A stretch of 64,000 bases of DNA from an uncultured Alphaproteobacteria bacterium (lineage in GTDB: Bacteria > Pseudomonadota > Alphaproteobacteria > Rs-D84). The translations under genes were made by a program, and so were the position numbers. The stretch covers positions 151,419-215,418 of the forward strand of contig CALXLS010000001.1 in assembly GCA_944389265.1 (NCBI GenBank). The letters are read 5' to 3'. Below, one piece after another: positions 20,368 through 30,325 of the stretch (position 1 is its first letter; the number at the start of each line of letters is the position of its first letter). The notes below the pieces were generated by a model that was given only the letters and a program-made list of their open reading frames with translations, did not search any database and had not been told where the DNA came from.

Positions 20368-23300
20368 TTAATCTATTTTCTTTGGTGTCATCGCCAAGCC
20401 CAAACCACGCAATTCGCGAACGAATACGTTAAAGGCTTCTGGTGTACCCGTCTGGATATCGTTGCTGCCTGATATAATTGATTCATACATCTTCGTACGA
20501 CCAACAATATCGTCAGACTTTACAGTCAACATTTCGCGCAGTAAGTGAGCCGCACCATGTGCTTCTAATGCCCAAACTTCCATTTCACCTAAACGCTGAC
20601 CACCCATGTGAGCCTTACCAGACAACGGCTGCTGCGTTACCAAAGAGTAATTACCAATTGAACGTGCGTGAATCTTTTCATCAACAAAGTGATGCAGTTT
20701 CAGCATGTACATTACACCGACAGTCACAGGACGTGCAAACTTTTCACCTGTCATACCATCATACAAAGTGAACTGTCCTGATTCTGGCAGTTTGGCTAAT
20801 TTCAACATGGAACGAATGTCTTCTGGTGTTGCACCGTCAAATGTCGGTGTTGCCATAGGTACACCGTCTTTCAACAATGCTGCTTCTGCACGAACATCCG
20901 TGTCTGTCATTTTTTCTAACTTTTCGGCAACTTCCTTACCATAAACTTTACCCATAATTGTACGCAAGTCATCTGTCACAGCGCGTTTTTGTTTTACTTC
21001 TTCCAGAACTTCGCCAATCTGCTGACCTAATGTACGTGCCGCCATACCAAGGTGAGTTTCTAATATCTGACCGATATTCATACGACTTGGTACGCCTAAT
21101 GGGTTCAATACGATATCTACTGGTGTACCGTCTTCCATGTACGGCATATCTTCAATTGGGACAACCTTGGATACAATACCCTTGTTCCCGTGACGACCTG
21201 CCATCTTATCACCAGGCTGCAGTTTCATCTTGTGAGCAATATATACTTTTACTTCTTTCAAGACACCTGCATTCAAAGAATTGCTTTCTGTCACTTTTGC
21301 AACTTCTGCATCTGCTTTTTCGTTCAACGCTTTTAGTTTAGCAACATGCTGTTCACGCAATTCATCAATCTTTGCCTGTGCTTCTTTGTTACGTACAACC
21401 AACTTCTTGACGTCAGACGGTTTTATACCTTCAAAAACTTCTTCTGTAAGTTTCTTACCAACAAATGGTTTCAAACTTCCAGTACCTGCGTCAATGATTT
21501 GACCTTCTGCAATTTGGAATACTTGATCTGCAAAACCCTTTTCAATGATAGATGTTTCTTCTTCTCTATCTTTGTTTATCTTTTCAATCTTTTGCAGTTC
21601 AATCATCTGTGTACGTTCGTCTTTCTTTACCCCATGACGAGTCAATACGTTAACACCGATAACTGTTCCTTCTTCGTTTGGTCCAACCTTTAATGAAGAA
21701 TCTTTAACGTTCAGTGCTTTTTCACCAAAGATATTACGCAACAATGCTTCTTCTGGTGTTAACAAAGTTTCTGATTTTGGTGATACACGACCTACCAAAA
21801 TATCACCTTGTTTTACACGCGCACCAACGTAAATAATACCTGATTCGTCCAAGTTCTTTAACGCTTCTTCACTTACATTTGGAATATCACGTGTCAAACT
21901 TTCTGGCCCTAACTGAGTATCACGAACTTTGATTTCTTTTTCTACGATCTTTACAGATGTAAACGCGTCATCACGTGAAATACGTTCAGATATAACAATA
22001 GAATCTTCATAGTTATAACCACGCCATGGAACGAACGCTACCAACACATTGCGTCCCAATGCTAATTCACCATAGTTCATAGAAGAACCGTCCGCAATAA
22101 TATCACCCGCAGATACACGATCACCAACTTTTACCAATGGTTTCTGATGTACCAATGTTTCACTATTACTACGTTCAAATTTTTCTAGGTTATAAATATC
22201 AACACCCGTCACAACATTACGGCTGTTCATACACTTTACCACGATACGATTTGCATCAACAGATTCAACAATACCACTGTGCTTTGCAACCTTACCTGTT
22301 CTGGAGTCACGTGCAACTTCACGTTCAATACCAGTTCCAACAAGTGGTGCCTGAACGCGCAATAATGGAACTGCCTGACGTTGCATGTTTGAACCCATCA
22401 AAGCACGGTTCGCGTCGTCATTTTCAACGAACGGTATCAAACCTGTCGCAATAGATACTACCTGACGTGGTTCAACGTCGATTAAGTCAACTTCTTCTTT
22501 TGGCACCATAGTAAATTCGCCGTCAACACGTGCCGTTACCATGTCTTCTGCCAAAACCCCAGCAGATGTTGTAGGTGTATTACCCTGTGCAATCTTATGA
22601 CCTAATTCTTCATCTGCAGTCAGATAAACCATCTTGTCGGTAATTTTGCTGTTTTCTACAACATAGTATGGTGTTTCAATAAATCCGTATGGATTTACAC
22701 GCGCATATGTTGCCAAGTGGTTAATCAAACCAATGTTCGCACCTTCTGGTGTGTGAATAGGACATAGTCTTCCATAATGTGTCGGATGAACGTCTCGGAC
22801 ATCAATACCTGCACGTTCACGATTCAAACCGCCAGGTCCCAAAGCAGAAATCAAACGTTTGTGTTCGACTTCTGACAATGGATTATACGCATCCATAAAC
22901 TGAGACAACTGTGATGTCCCCAAGAATTCAGAAACCAAAGACATCAATGGTTTTACATTGATAACATCTTGTGGCTGCATGTTCGCAATATTTGGTGAAG
23001 ACAAACTTTCACGAACCAAACGTTCAATACGAACCATACCTGTACGGAAATTCTGTTCTAATAATTCACCAACTGTACGTACACGACGATTAGACAAATT
23101 ATCAATATCATCAACTGTATCTTTATGGTCAATTATATTAGCCAAAGTCTTTAATACAGCCAAGAAATCTGCTTTTGTTAACAAACGTTCATCTTCTGGC
23201 TTTTTGCCGGAATCAATCTTCAAACGTTTGTTCATCTTAAAACGACCAACTGCAGACAAATCATAATATGCAGCATCAAAACCTTGACGCATAAACAAAT

Positions 23301-24504
23301 TAATTGCTGCTTCTAATGTTGGACGTTCACCTGGTCTGATAATATTATAAATTTCAATCAATGCTTCTTCACGATTTGTGGTCTTATCTGCCATCAAAGT
23401 ATTACGCATATGTGCACTGATTGTTGTATTATCAATAGAAATCAAAGAAATATTCTTGATACCCAATTTTTCAATATCTGCTAATACTTCTTCTGTAATT
23501 TCTGTACCTGCAGGGAATAATACATCTTCACCGTTCATAATCGGGTCAAATAAATATTCACCTACTAATGCTTCTGGCATAATACCGTATTCTTTGGAAG
23601 CCGCCATAACCTTTGATAAGCGCTTCGCATTCATACGGTCACCCTTGTTTGCCAAAGGCTTTTTATCTTTCGGATTGATTATATCATAATTCAAACGATA
23701 TTTATCCAAACCTTCGAATACAGATGTTTCACCAATCCACATTTTACCATCAAAAGATAATGGCATACGTTTATAAAATGCACCCAAAATTTCTGCATCA
23801 TCCATACCACGAATTGTCGCTTTACGTGGTTCAGCCTGCCATTTCTTCTCATCTTCTGCGGCCGGTAAGCAACGCAATAATACAGTCGCAGGAACTTTAC
23901 GACGACGGTCAATGCGAACGTATATAACACCCTTGTATTCTTCAAAATCAATCCAGCTACCATGTTCTGGTATAATACGCGCAGTATAAGTAATAGGATT
24001 ACCCGCAACTTTTGCTTCTTTTGTTGTTGCGAAAACAACACCTTGCGCGCGGTGCATCTGAGATACAATAACACGTTCAACACCAGCAGCAATAAAACTG
24101 CCGCGTTCTGTCATTAAAGGCACTTCGCCCATGAATATTTCTTGTTCTTTGATATCACGCAGAGTTTTTTTACCATCTTCTGCGATATCCCATAAAATCA
24201 ATCTCAGCTTCAACTTTAACTTGCTGGAATAAGTCAAATTCCGCAGCATACATTCTTTTACGTTATATACAGGTTTATCCAATGTATATTCTACGAATTC
24301 AAGATCTGCAATACCTGCATAATCTTTAATCGGAAACATTGAAGAAAAGACGTTCTGCAACCCTATGTTTTTTCTGTTCTGTGGGTCAACGTCGTCCTGT
24401 AAGAAATCTCTGTAAGAATTATATTGAATTTCAACTAAATCTGGAAGCGGAGTTTGCAAAAAACTTTTACGAAAAGATTTTCTACGTTTTTGGATAACTG
24501 CCAT
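20368..24504 (-). CDS. rpoB: RNA polymerase beta subunit
   Basis: GDKMAGRHGNKG, RALMGSNMQRQAVP and GQRLGEMEVWALEA motifs. Confidence 0.99.
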   Translation of the reverse strand: MAVIQKRRKSFRKSFLQTPLPDLVEIQYNSYRDFLQDDVDPQNRKNIGLQNVFSSMFPIKDYAGIADLEFVEYTLDKPVYNVKECMLRNLTYSSKLKLKLRLILWDIAEDGKKTLRDIKEQEIFMGEVPLMTERGSFIAAGVERVIVSQMHRAQGVVFATTKEAKVAGNPITYTARIIPEHGSWIDFEEYKGVIYVRIDRRRKVPATVLLRCLPAAEDEKKWQAEPRKATIRGMDDAEILGAFYKRMPLSFDGKMWIGETSVFEGLDKYRLNYDIINPKDKKPLANKGDRMNAKRLSKVMAASKEYGIMPEALVGEYLFDPIMNGEDVLFPAGTEITEEVLADIEKLGIKNISLISIDNTTISAHMRNTLMADKTTNREEALIEIYNIIRPGERPTLEAAINLFMRQGFDAAYYDLSAVGRFKMNKRLKIDSGKKPEDERLLTKADFLAVLKTLANIIDHKDTVDDIDNLSNRRVRTVGELLEQNFRTGMVRIERLVRESLSSPNIANMQPQDVINVKPLMSLVSEFLGTSQLSQFMDAYNPLSEVEHKRLISALGPGGLNRERAGIDVRDVHPTHYGRLCPIHTPEGANIGLINHLATYARVNPYGFIETPYYVVENSKITDKMVYLTADEELGHKIAQGNTPTTSAGVLAEDMVTARVDGEFTMVPKEEVDLIDVEPRQVVSIATGLIPFVENDDANRALMGSNMQRQAVPLLRVQAPLVGTGIEREVARDSRTGKVAKHSGIVESVDANRIVVKCMNSRNVVTGVDIYNLEKFERSNSETLVHQKPLVKVGDRVSAGDIIADGSSMNYGELALGRNVLVAFVPWRGYNYEDSIVISERISRDDAFTSVKIVEKEIKVRDTQLGPESLTRDIPNVSEEALKNLDESGIIYVGARVKQGDILVGRVSPKSETLLTPEEALLRNIFGEKALNVKDSSLKVGPNEEGTVIGVNVLTRHGVKKDERTQMIELQKIEKINKDREEETSIIEKGFADQVFQIAEGQIIDAGTGSLKPFVGKKLTEEVFEGIKPSDVKKLVVRNKEAQAKIDELREQHVAKLKALNEKADAEVAKVTESNSLNAGVLKEVKVYIAHKMKLQPGDKMAGRHGNKGIVSKVVPIEDMPYMEDGTPVDIVLNPLGVPSRMNIGQILETHLGMAARTLGQQIGEVLEEVKQKRAVTDDLRTIMGKVYGKEVAEKLEKMTDTDVRAEAALLKDGVPMATPTFDGATPEDIRSMLKLAKLPESGQFTLYDGMTGEKFARPVTVGVMYMLKLHHFVDEKIHARSIGNYSLVTQQPLSGKAHMGGQRLGEMEVWALEAHGAAHLLREMLTVKSDDIVGRTKMYESIISGSNDIQTGTPEAFNVFVRELRGLGLAMTPKKID

Positions 24505-24675
24505 GGGTCTCAATCCTTTTTTTTGTGTGCGTTTTGCAAACGAGAACGATACTATTTATCGTTATATCTTTTTACGCCTTTGTGCCCACTTGAGGATTTA
24601 TCCCCAAGTGGGCGGCGTTTTGTCGCAATTTGTCGCGACTTATCAGTTCACGGAATCTTGCGATTCCAAGTCAAA

Positions 24676-25041
24676 TTATTTCAATTCAACTTTTGCACCA
24701 GCTGCTTCTAATGTAGCCTTCATTTTGTCAGCTTCATCTTTTGCAACTGCTTCTTTGACAGTCTTTGGTGCAGATTCAACCAAAGCTTTCGCTTCGCTTA
24801 AACCCAAACCTGTGATGTCTTTAACAGCTTTGATAACAGCCAATTTGTTTGCACCAGCTTCTGCTAATACAACATCAAATTCTGTTTTTTCTTCAGCAGC
24901 AGCGGCAGCTGGACCAGCTGCAACAGCAACTGCAGCAGCAGCGCTTACGCCCCATGCTTCTTCTAGCGCTTTGGACAATTCAACTGCTTCCGTAACGCTC
25001 AATTTTGACAATTCTTCAACTAATTTTTGAATATCTGCCAT
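24676..25041 (-). CDS. rplL: 50S ribosomal protein L7/L12
   Basis: [10 protein letters not shown] and [12 protein letters not shown] motifs; Ala-rich hinge. Confidence 0.97.
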   Translation of the reverse strand: MADIQKLVEELSKLSVTEAVELSKALEEAWGVSAAAAVAVAAGPAAAAAEEKTEFDVVLAEAGANKLAVIKAVKDITGLGLSEAKALVESAPKTVKEAVAKDEADKMKATLEAAGAKVELK

Positions 25042-25088
25042 TTTTTTGCTCCTATACAATATTCAGAGTGTTGCCACCCTGGTATATT

Positions 25089-25565
25089 TTAATTCTTTTT
25101 TCCATACTCTGCTGAAACACGTGCCAAACGTGACGCTGGTTCGACCAATATGCGTGCGATTGTACCACGAATTTCCAACAGGGATGGTAGTTTGGATAAT
25201 TGCACAATGTCGTCTTTACTTAGAACATCTGCATCCATTTTACCACCAATGATTGAGAAATTTGGGTGTTCTTCCGCAAATTTTACCAATACTTTGGTTA
25301 CAGCCAAACCGTCAGTTGCAACAGCAACCGCAGTCGGACGTTTCATCATTTCGGATACAGGTTCAAAGTCAGTGTCTTTCAACGCTAACTTCATCAAACG
25401 GTTTTTAACTACTTTAAAAACAGAAACCAATGGACGTAATTCATTACGCAAAGATTCCATTTCTTTAACAGTCAAACCATGGTTTTCAATAACGAAAACC
25501 CCGTTTGCTTCTTTCAAGGACGACTGCAACGCTGAAATCAAATCTGATTTTTCTTCGCGTCTCAT
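25089..25565 (-). CDS. rplJ: 50S ribosomal protein L10
   Basis: GLTVKEMESLRNEL, VVKNRL and LSKLPS motifs; synteny with rplA and rplL. Confidence 0.95.
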   Translation of the reverse strand: MRREEKSDLISALQSSLKEANGVFVIENHGLTVKEMESLRNELRPLVSVFKVVKNRLMKLALKDTDFEPVSEMMKRPTAVAVATDGLAVTKVLVKFAEEHPNFSIIGGKMDADVLSKDDIVQLSKLPSLLEIRGTIARILVEPASRLARVSAEYGKKN

Positions 25566-25685
25566 ATCTTTACCCTTACTTACAAGATTCCAGAAAATAA
25601 TTTCCCGAAATCCCCTGTTTTGTTAAACTTTCCATTCGATGTTCCCATCGAGTGGGGCCTTCATTCTGCCCCAAAGAATCTTTAT

Positions 25686-25738
25686 CTTTGTCTATGATGG
25701 CAATTAAGTCTTTTCAGGCACCATCAGTCTCGGACAGA
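25686..25738 (-). promoter_or_regulatory. L10 leader (r-protein autoregulatory RNA)
   Basis: Minus strand reads GTCCGAGAC-TGATGG...TTAA-TTGCCATCA-TAGAC between rplA and rplJ, matching the kink-turn layout of L10 leaders. Confidence 0.7.
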
Positions 25739-25782
25739 AATCTCGTTCGCGGCTAGGTAATCTCTTACCTAACCGCATTTCA

Positions 25783-26457
25783 TTATTTTACTTCTACCTT
25801 CAAACCAGGACCTTGAGTCGTAGCAATCGCTGCACCCAAGATATACTGACCTTTTACAGAAGCAGGTTTCACTTTTTTCAACTGGTCAATTAATGCATTT
25901 GCATTTTCTACCAACTTATCTGTCGCAAATGACATTTTACCGATACCAGCATGAATGATACCCTTCTTTTCAGCACGGTATTCAATTTGACCCGCCTTTG
26001 CTGTCGCAACCGCTTCTGCAACATTATTTGTTACAGTACCTAATTTTGGATTCGGCATTAAACCTTTTGGTCCCAAAACGCGTGCAACTTTTGACATCTT
26101 TGGCATCATATCTGGTGTTGCAATAACACGGTCAAAATTAATTTCACCTGCCGCAACTTTTTCAATCAGATCTTCACCACCAACAACATCTGCACCTGCT
26201 TTCTTTGCTTCGTCTACGCTATTTACAGTAAATACTGCAACACGAACCTTTTTACCAGTACCATTTGGCAATGATAACATTCCACGAATGTTTTGATCCG
26301 CCTTTGTAACATCTACACCTAAACGAATTGCAATTTCTAAACTTTCGTCAAACTTTTTAGAACAATATGGACGCAATGCTTCAATAGCATCAGCCAAAGC
26401 ATATACTTTGTCTGTATCCAACTGAGCCCAAGTTTTTTGTCTTTTTGTCAGTTTCAT
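25783..26457 (-). CDS. rplA: 50S ribosomal protein L1
   Basis: KFDES, LPNGTGK and LGPKGLMPNPKLGTVT motifs. Confidence 0.98.
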   Translation of the reverse strand: MKLTKRQKTWAQLDTDKVYALADAIEALRPYCSKKFDESLEIAIRLGVDVTKADQNIRGMLSLPNGTGKKVRVAVFTVNSVDEAKKAGADVVGGEDLIEKVAAGEINFDRVIATPDMMPKMSKVARVLGPKGLMPNPKLGTVTNNVAEAVATAKAGQIEYRAEKKGIIHAGIGKMSFATDKLVENANALIDQLKKVKPASVKGQYILGAAIATTQGPGLKVEVK

Positions 26458-26460
26458 GTC

Positions 26461-26892
26461 TTATTCCTCCACCTTTACGCCCATAGAACGGCATTGACCC
26501 GCAACAATATTCATAGCAGATTCAATGGTAGAGCAATTTAAGTCTGGCATTTTGTTTTCTGCAATTTCTTTAATCTGTGCTTTTGTAATTGTACCTACAA
26601 AGTCACGACCAGGTTTGTGAGAACCGATTTTCAGTTTCAATGCCTTTTTGATATAATAAGATACAGGTGGCAACTTCATAATAAATTCAAAGCTGCGGTC
26701 TGTATAAACTGTGATAATGCAAGGAATTGGCATTCCTGGTTCTTTATCTGCAGTCTTATCATTAAACTGTTTGCAGAATTCTGCGATATTTACACCATTA
26801 GCACCCAACACCGGCCCAATAGGAGGCGCAGGATTTGCTTGTTTTGCAGGGACTACTAATTTAACAATCCCTTTTACTTCTTTTTTTGCCAT
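26461..26892 (-). CDS. rplK: 50S ribosomal protein L11
   Basis: [18 protein letters not shown] and KMPDLN motifs. Confidence 0.98.
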   Translation of the reverse strand: MAKKEVKGIVKLVVPAKQANPAPPIGPVLGANGVNIAEFCKQFNDKTADKEPGMPIPCIITVYTDRSFEFIMKLPPVSYYIKKALKLKIGSHKPGRDFVGTITKAQIKEIAENKMPDLNCSTIESAMNIVAGQCRSMGVKVEE

Positions 26893-26978
26893 TTGTTCAC
26901 TCCATTTTTTGTTGTGTTTGTGGTCCGATATGGCTATCTACCACAAGCGCGCCTTTCACACGCACGTCGGTTACCCGA

Positions 26979-27512
26979 TTAAACCCTTTCAACCTGCGTA
27001 AAGTCTAGCTCTACACTTGTTTCGCGACCAAAGACCAGAATAGTCACTGTCATTTTTTGTTTCAGGTTATCTACTTCTGATACCACACCATTAAAGCCGG
27101 CAAAAGGCCCGTCAATTACATGAACTTCTTGCCCTACTTCATATTCAACATCTTCTGTAACAACAGAACCTTCTTCAACCTGTTTTAATAAACGACGCGC
27201 TTCTTCTTCTGTCACAGCAATAGGCTTGTTCTTTGCACCCAAAAACATAACAACTTGCGGCATTAGTTTAACCAAAGAAAAAGTTTCGTTATTCATAACC
27301 ATCTGAACAACGATATAACCCGGAAAAAACTTTTTCTCAGATTTCACACGTTTACCAGCCTTAACCTCTGTCACTTCACGTGTTGGAACCAAGATTTCAC
27401 CAAAATACGCATTCAAACGACGTTTATCAATCTGTTCGCGCAAGCCGCGTGCAACCTTGTCTTCGCAGCCAGTATGAACATTCACGACGAACCATTGCAT
27501 TTTTTCTTCCAT
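26979..27512 (-). CDS. nusG: Transcription termination/antitermination factor NusG
   Basis: FFPGYIVV, KOW motif VIDGPFAGFNG and VFGRET. Confidence 0.97.
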   Translation of the reverse strand: MEEKMQWFVVNVHTGCEDKVARGLREQIDKRRLNAYFGEILVPTREVTEVKAGKRVKSEKKFFPGYIVVQMVMNNETFSLVKLMPQVVMFLGAKNKPIAVTEEEARRLLKQVEEGSVVTEDVEYEVGQEVHVIDGPFAGFNGVVSEVDNLKQKMTVTILVFGRETSVELDFTQVERV

Positions 27513-27530
27513 ATGCACTTCCTTTGCCCG

Positions 27531-27710
27531 TTAGAAAATCCAACCCACAATCGCGTTTAGCACACTATCAATTACAAAAAAGAATAATGCAGCCAACCCC
27601 GAAAATACTAAAATCATTATAGTTGCACGAATAACACTATCACGTGACGGCCAAACAATCTTGAACCATTCACTGCGAACCGATTTGATATATTCTAGTA
27701 TTTTCTTCAT
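27531..27710 (-). CDS. secE: Preprotein translocase SecE (missing from the ORF track)
   Basis: Hand translation MKKILEYIKSVRSEWFKIVWPSRDSVIRATIMILVFSGLAALFFFVIDSVLNAIVGWIF; lies between tRNA-Trp and nusG. Confidence 0.93.
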   Translation of the reverse strand: MKKILEYIKSVRSEWFKIVWPSRDSVIRATIMILVFSGLAALFFFVIDSVLNAIVGWIF

Positions 27711-27752
27711 AAAATCTTGTCCATGTTTTGACTATACAAAAGCCCAAAAATC

Positions 27753-27826
27753 TGGCAGGGGCAGAAGGAATCGAACCCTCATCCGCGGTTTTGGAGACCG
27801 ATATTCTACCGTTGAACTATGCCCCT
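27753..27826 (-). tRNA. tRNA-Trp (anticodon CCA)
   Basis: Reverse complement AGGGGCATAGTTCAACGGTAGAATATCGGTCTCCAAAACCGCGGATGAGGGTTCGATTCCTTCTGCCCCTGCCA. Confidence 0.95.
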
Positions 27827-28057
27827 ATATTAACACAATTATTACCTGTCTTTTGTACCGCCGAACCCCAATAGTCTGCGATACAATAGCACACTTGTAT
27901 AAAAAATCAAGTGGAAAGTATTATAAGATTTTAATTAAACACAAGCAAGTAAAAAGTAAAAAACTTTTTCATTAATTTATGATTTTAGCGCACTTTTTAC
28001 TTGCACAGACCTCTTGTTTTTTTCTACAATCTTCTTGATATATAGAGAGAGGAACAC

Positions 28058-28738
28058 TTGCAAGACCGCGTAGAACCGCCAATTTTACTATCCAGACTAA
28101 TGACATTCGTCTTTGCAGCAATGTTGGTTGTGCTGGGTGCGATGATTTTTACGTTGTACAACTTGTTCCCGTTAAATAGACCCCAGGTCTTCTTTTTGAT
28201 GACCGTTCCAAAAAATGACTTGCAGGTTGTCTTACGCGAACTTAACCCAACAGATGAAAATCTGGAAAATTATAAAAAAGCATTCATTCGCGAATATATC
28301 AAGGCAAGAAATGAAATCGTACCAAATGCTAACGTTATGCGCACAAAATGGAACAATGATTCAGAAGGTGTGGTTTATACTTGGTCAACGCAAGAAGTTT
28401 ATAACGATTTTATCCAGACTGATATGTGGAATGCATGGATGTCGGACTTGCCAGATTTTGAATTTTCTTGTTCTGTTGAATTTGATACTAACGCAATAGA
28501 ACCAAGAACAGATGATACATACGCGATAACTTTTAGGTACTTCTGTGCAGATAGTAATAGACAGATGGACAAAAAAGAGTATAAAATAAAAGTAAAACTA
28601 GATTTAGAAGATAACACCAAAATAAAATGGGCTGACCGTATAAATAACCCGTTGGGTATTCGGATTTCTGAATACGAAATAGAGTCTGGCAACGGCGACC
28701 CCTTAAACACCGGGTATTTGGCTGATACTGGTGTGTAG
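28058..28738 (+). CDS. VirB8-like type IV secretion inner-membrane protein
   Basis: N-terminal TM, FIREYIKAR, and C-terminal NPLGIRISEY motif; TTG start behind a GAGAGG RBS. Confidence 0.8.
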   Translation: MQDRVEPPILLSRLMTFVFAAMLVVLGAMIFTLYNLFPLNRPQVFFLMTVPKNDLQVVLRELNPTDENLENYKKAFIREYIKARNEIVPNANVMRTKWNNDSEGVVYTWSTQEVYNDFIQTDMWNAWMSDLPDFEFSCSVEFDTNAIEPRTDDTYAITFRYFCADSNRQMDKKEYKIKVKLDLEDNTKIKWADRINNPLGIRISEYEIESGNGDPLNTGYLADTGV

Positions 28739-28765
28739 TAAAATAAAGAAACGGAAGGAAAAGGC

Positions 28766-30304
28766 ATGACGTTCTCGAAAGCAATAAAGTTAAATGTATC
28801 CATATTCTGCATAGTTGCATTGTGTGCTTTGTATAATACCAACGCTTCTGCAACATCTTATGGCGTACAAAGTGCTTGGGACAACCCAAATGCAAACATG
28901 GCCTCTGGCAGCACAAAGCCTGGATACGCACAATTAAGTTGGTCAAAAGGTAGTGTCTTGCCTGTTAAACTTCGTAACGGCATGGTTACAATGATTACAT
29001 TGCCAAATGGCGAGCAAATCGCAGACGCGGTTGTCGGAAATAACGGTCTTTTTACTTTTGAAGCACAACAGGGTGGTAATACTATTCTAATTACCCCAGA
29101 ATCTGGCAATCAAGGTTCTGATACTAACTTTATTGTCACAGGTAAATCAGGCAATCAGTATATATTCTATCTTCGTAGCGAACCTTCCAACTCTAGTGAG
29201 ATTACTTATTCACAAGTAGATGTTGTATTAGATGGAAACGCTTCTTTGCCGGTTTCTTCAGGAACTGCTGTAAATTCTAACGGTTCTTCTTCTATATTTA
29301 AAAAGTCATCATCTTCAAGCAACACAGTTGGGGTTGACGGTGAAGACTATGGTTGGATTAAGTCTATGAAGATAGACCCGTCTGAATTTAGATTTGATTT
29401 AGACATATTTGTTCCAAACCCAGATGATTATGTAATCGCACCTGAACGTGTATGGCGTGACAGAATATTTACTTACATTGACTTTGGTGACAAAGTAATC
29501 GCAATGACACAACGCCCTGTTGTATCACTGCTGGTTGAAGGCGGAGAATCCCCAGTCGGTTTCCGCACAGATGGTGAAGATGGGCGATTGCTGATTGTTG
29601 AAGCGGTCGGTGATATGGTCTTACGTAGTGGGCAACGTATCGTCTGCATAAAGAAACGCGAAAAACCATTCTTGATTGCAGATACTGCATCTGTAATGGC
29701 TTTGGCGGAAGCAAATGTTGCACAAAGCATGATGTCCGGACAGTCATTGAACAATATCGCATATAACGCAGATTTATCTGCGATAAATTCTTCTGTTGGT
29801 AATTACACAACTACACCTATGTTTGTTGGGAATAACGCTATGGGAACGGGCACCTCGGGTTATTATATGCCTGCTGGTTATGGGGTTCCTGCAGCAACTT
29901 ATGGTACAAGCAGCAATACTGCTTTGTCCATGATTCCAACAGAACGGCTGACAGCGGGTTCTTTCTTGCCCCAATCTAATATACCTTTGATAACATCTAA
30001 TCAAACAGGTGTAGCGGTTGAATTAAAGTCAGATACATCTGTAAAAGCACTGGATGATTACTGGGCTAATCTGCTTGCAAAATTTAGTGGCGAAGACGGT
30101 CAAGGAATACTTGCCCCCTATAAAGACATGGTTTTCTTTGCCGTGGATGAACAAGGTGTTGGTGAATTAGGCGCAGAATCTTCTGCGGCACGCTTATACC
30201 GCTTGCGTATAGGGCCACTGTCCGATATAGAAACAGCACAAAAACTTTGTGACCAATTGTTGAAGTTTAGCGGTGCAAGTTGCAATGTTGTTAGAATTCA
30301 ATAG
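28766..30304 (+). CDS. VirB9/TrbG-like T4SS core protein with C-terminal SPOR-like domain
   Basis: Signal peptide; TMITLPNGEQI, TNFIV.G..G..Y.F.L and IAPERVWRDRIFTYIDF (VirB9-like); C-terminal YRLRIGPLSDIETAQKLCDQL...C (SPOR-like). Confidence 0.78.
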   Translation: MTFSKAIKLNVSIFCIVALCALYNTNASATSYGVQSAWDNPNANMASGSTKPGYAQLSWSKGSVLPVKLRNGMVTMITLPNGEQIADAVVGNNGLFTFEAQQGGNTILITPESGNQGSDTNFIVTGKSGNQYIFYLRSEPSNSSEITYSQVDVVLDGNASLPVSSGTAVNSNGSSSIFKKSSSSSNTVGVDGEDYGWIKSMKIDPSEFRFDLDIFVPNPDDYVIAPERVWRDRIFTYIDFGDKVIAMTQRPVVSLLVEGGESPVGFRTDGEDGRLLIVEAVGDMVLRSGQRIVCIKKREKPFLIADTASVMALAEANVAQSMMSGQSLNNIAYNADLSAINSSVGNYTTTPMFVGNNAMGTGTSGYYMPAGYGVPAATYGTSSNTALSMIPTERLTAGSFLPQSNIPLITSNQTGVAVELKSDTSVKALDDYWANLLAKFSGEDGQGILAPYKDMVFFAVDEQGVGELGAESSAARLYRLRIGPLSDIETAQKLCDQLLKFSGASCNVVRIQ

Positions 30305-30325
30305 TTTTATAAGCGCGGATAAGTG

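Noticed and set aside
16157-25626. Many plus-strand ORFs antisense to rpoBC, rplL and rplJ
   Set aside because: Expected antisense shadows of strongly codon-biased genes.
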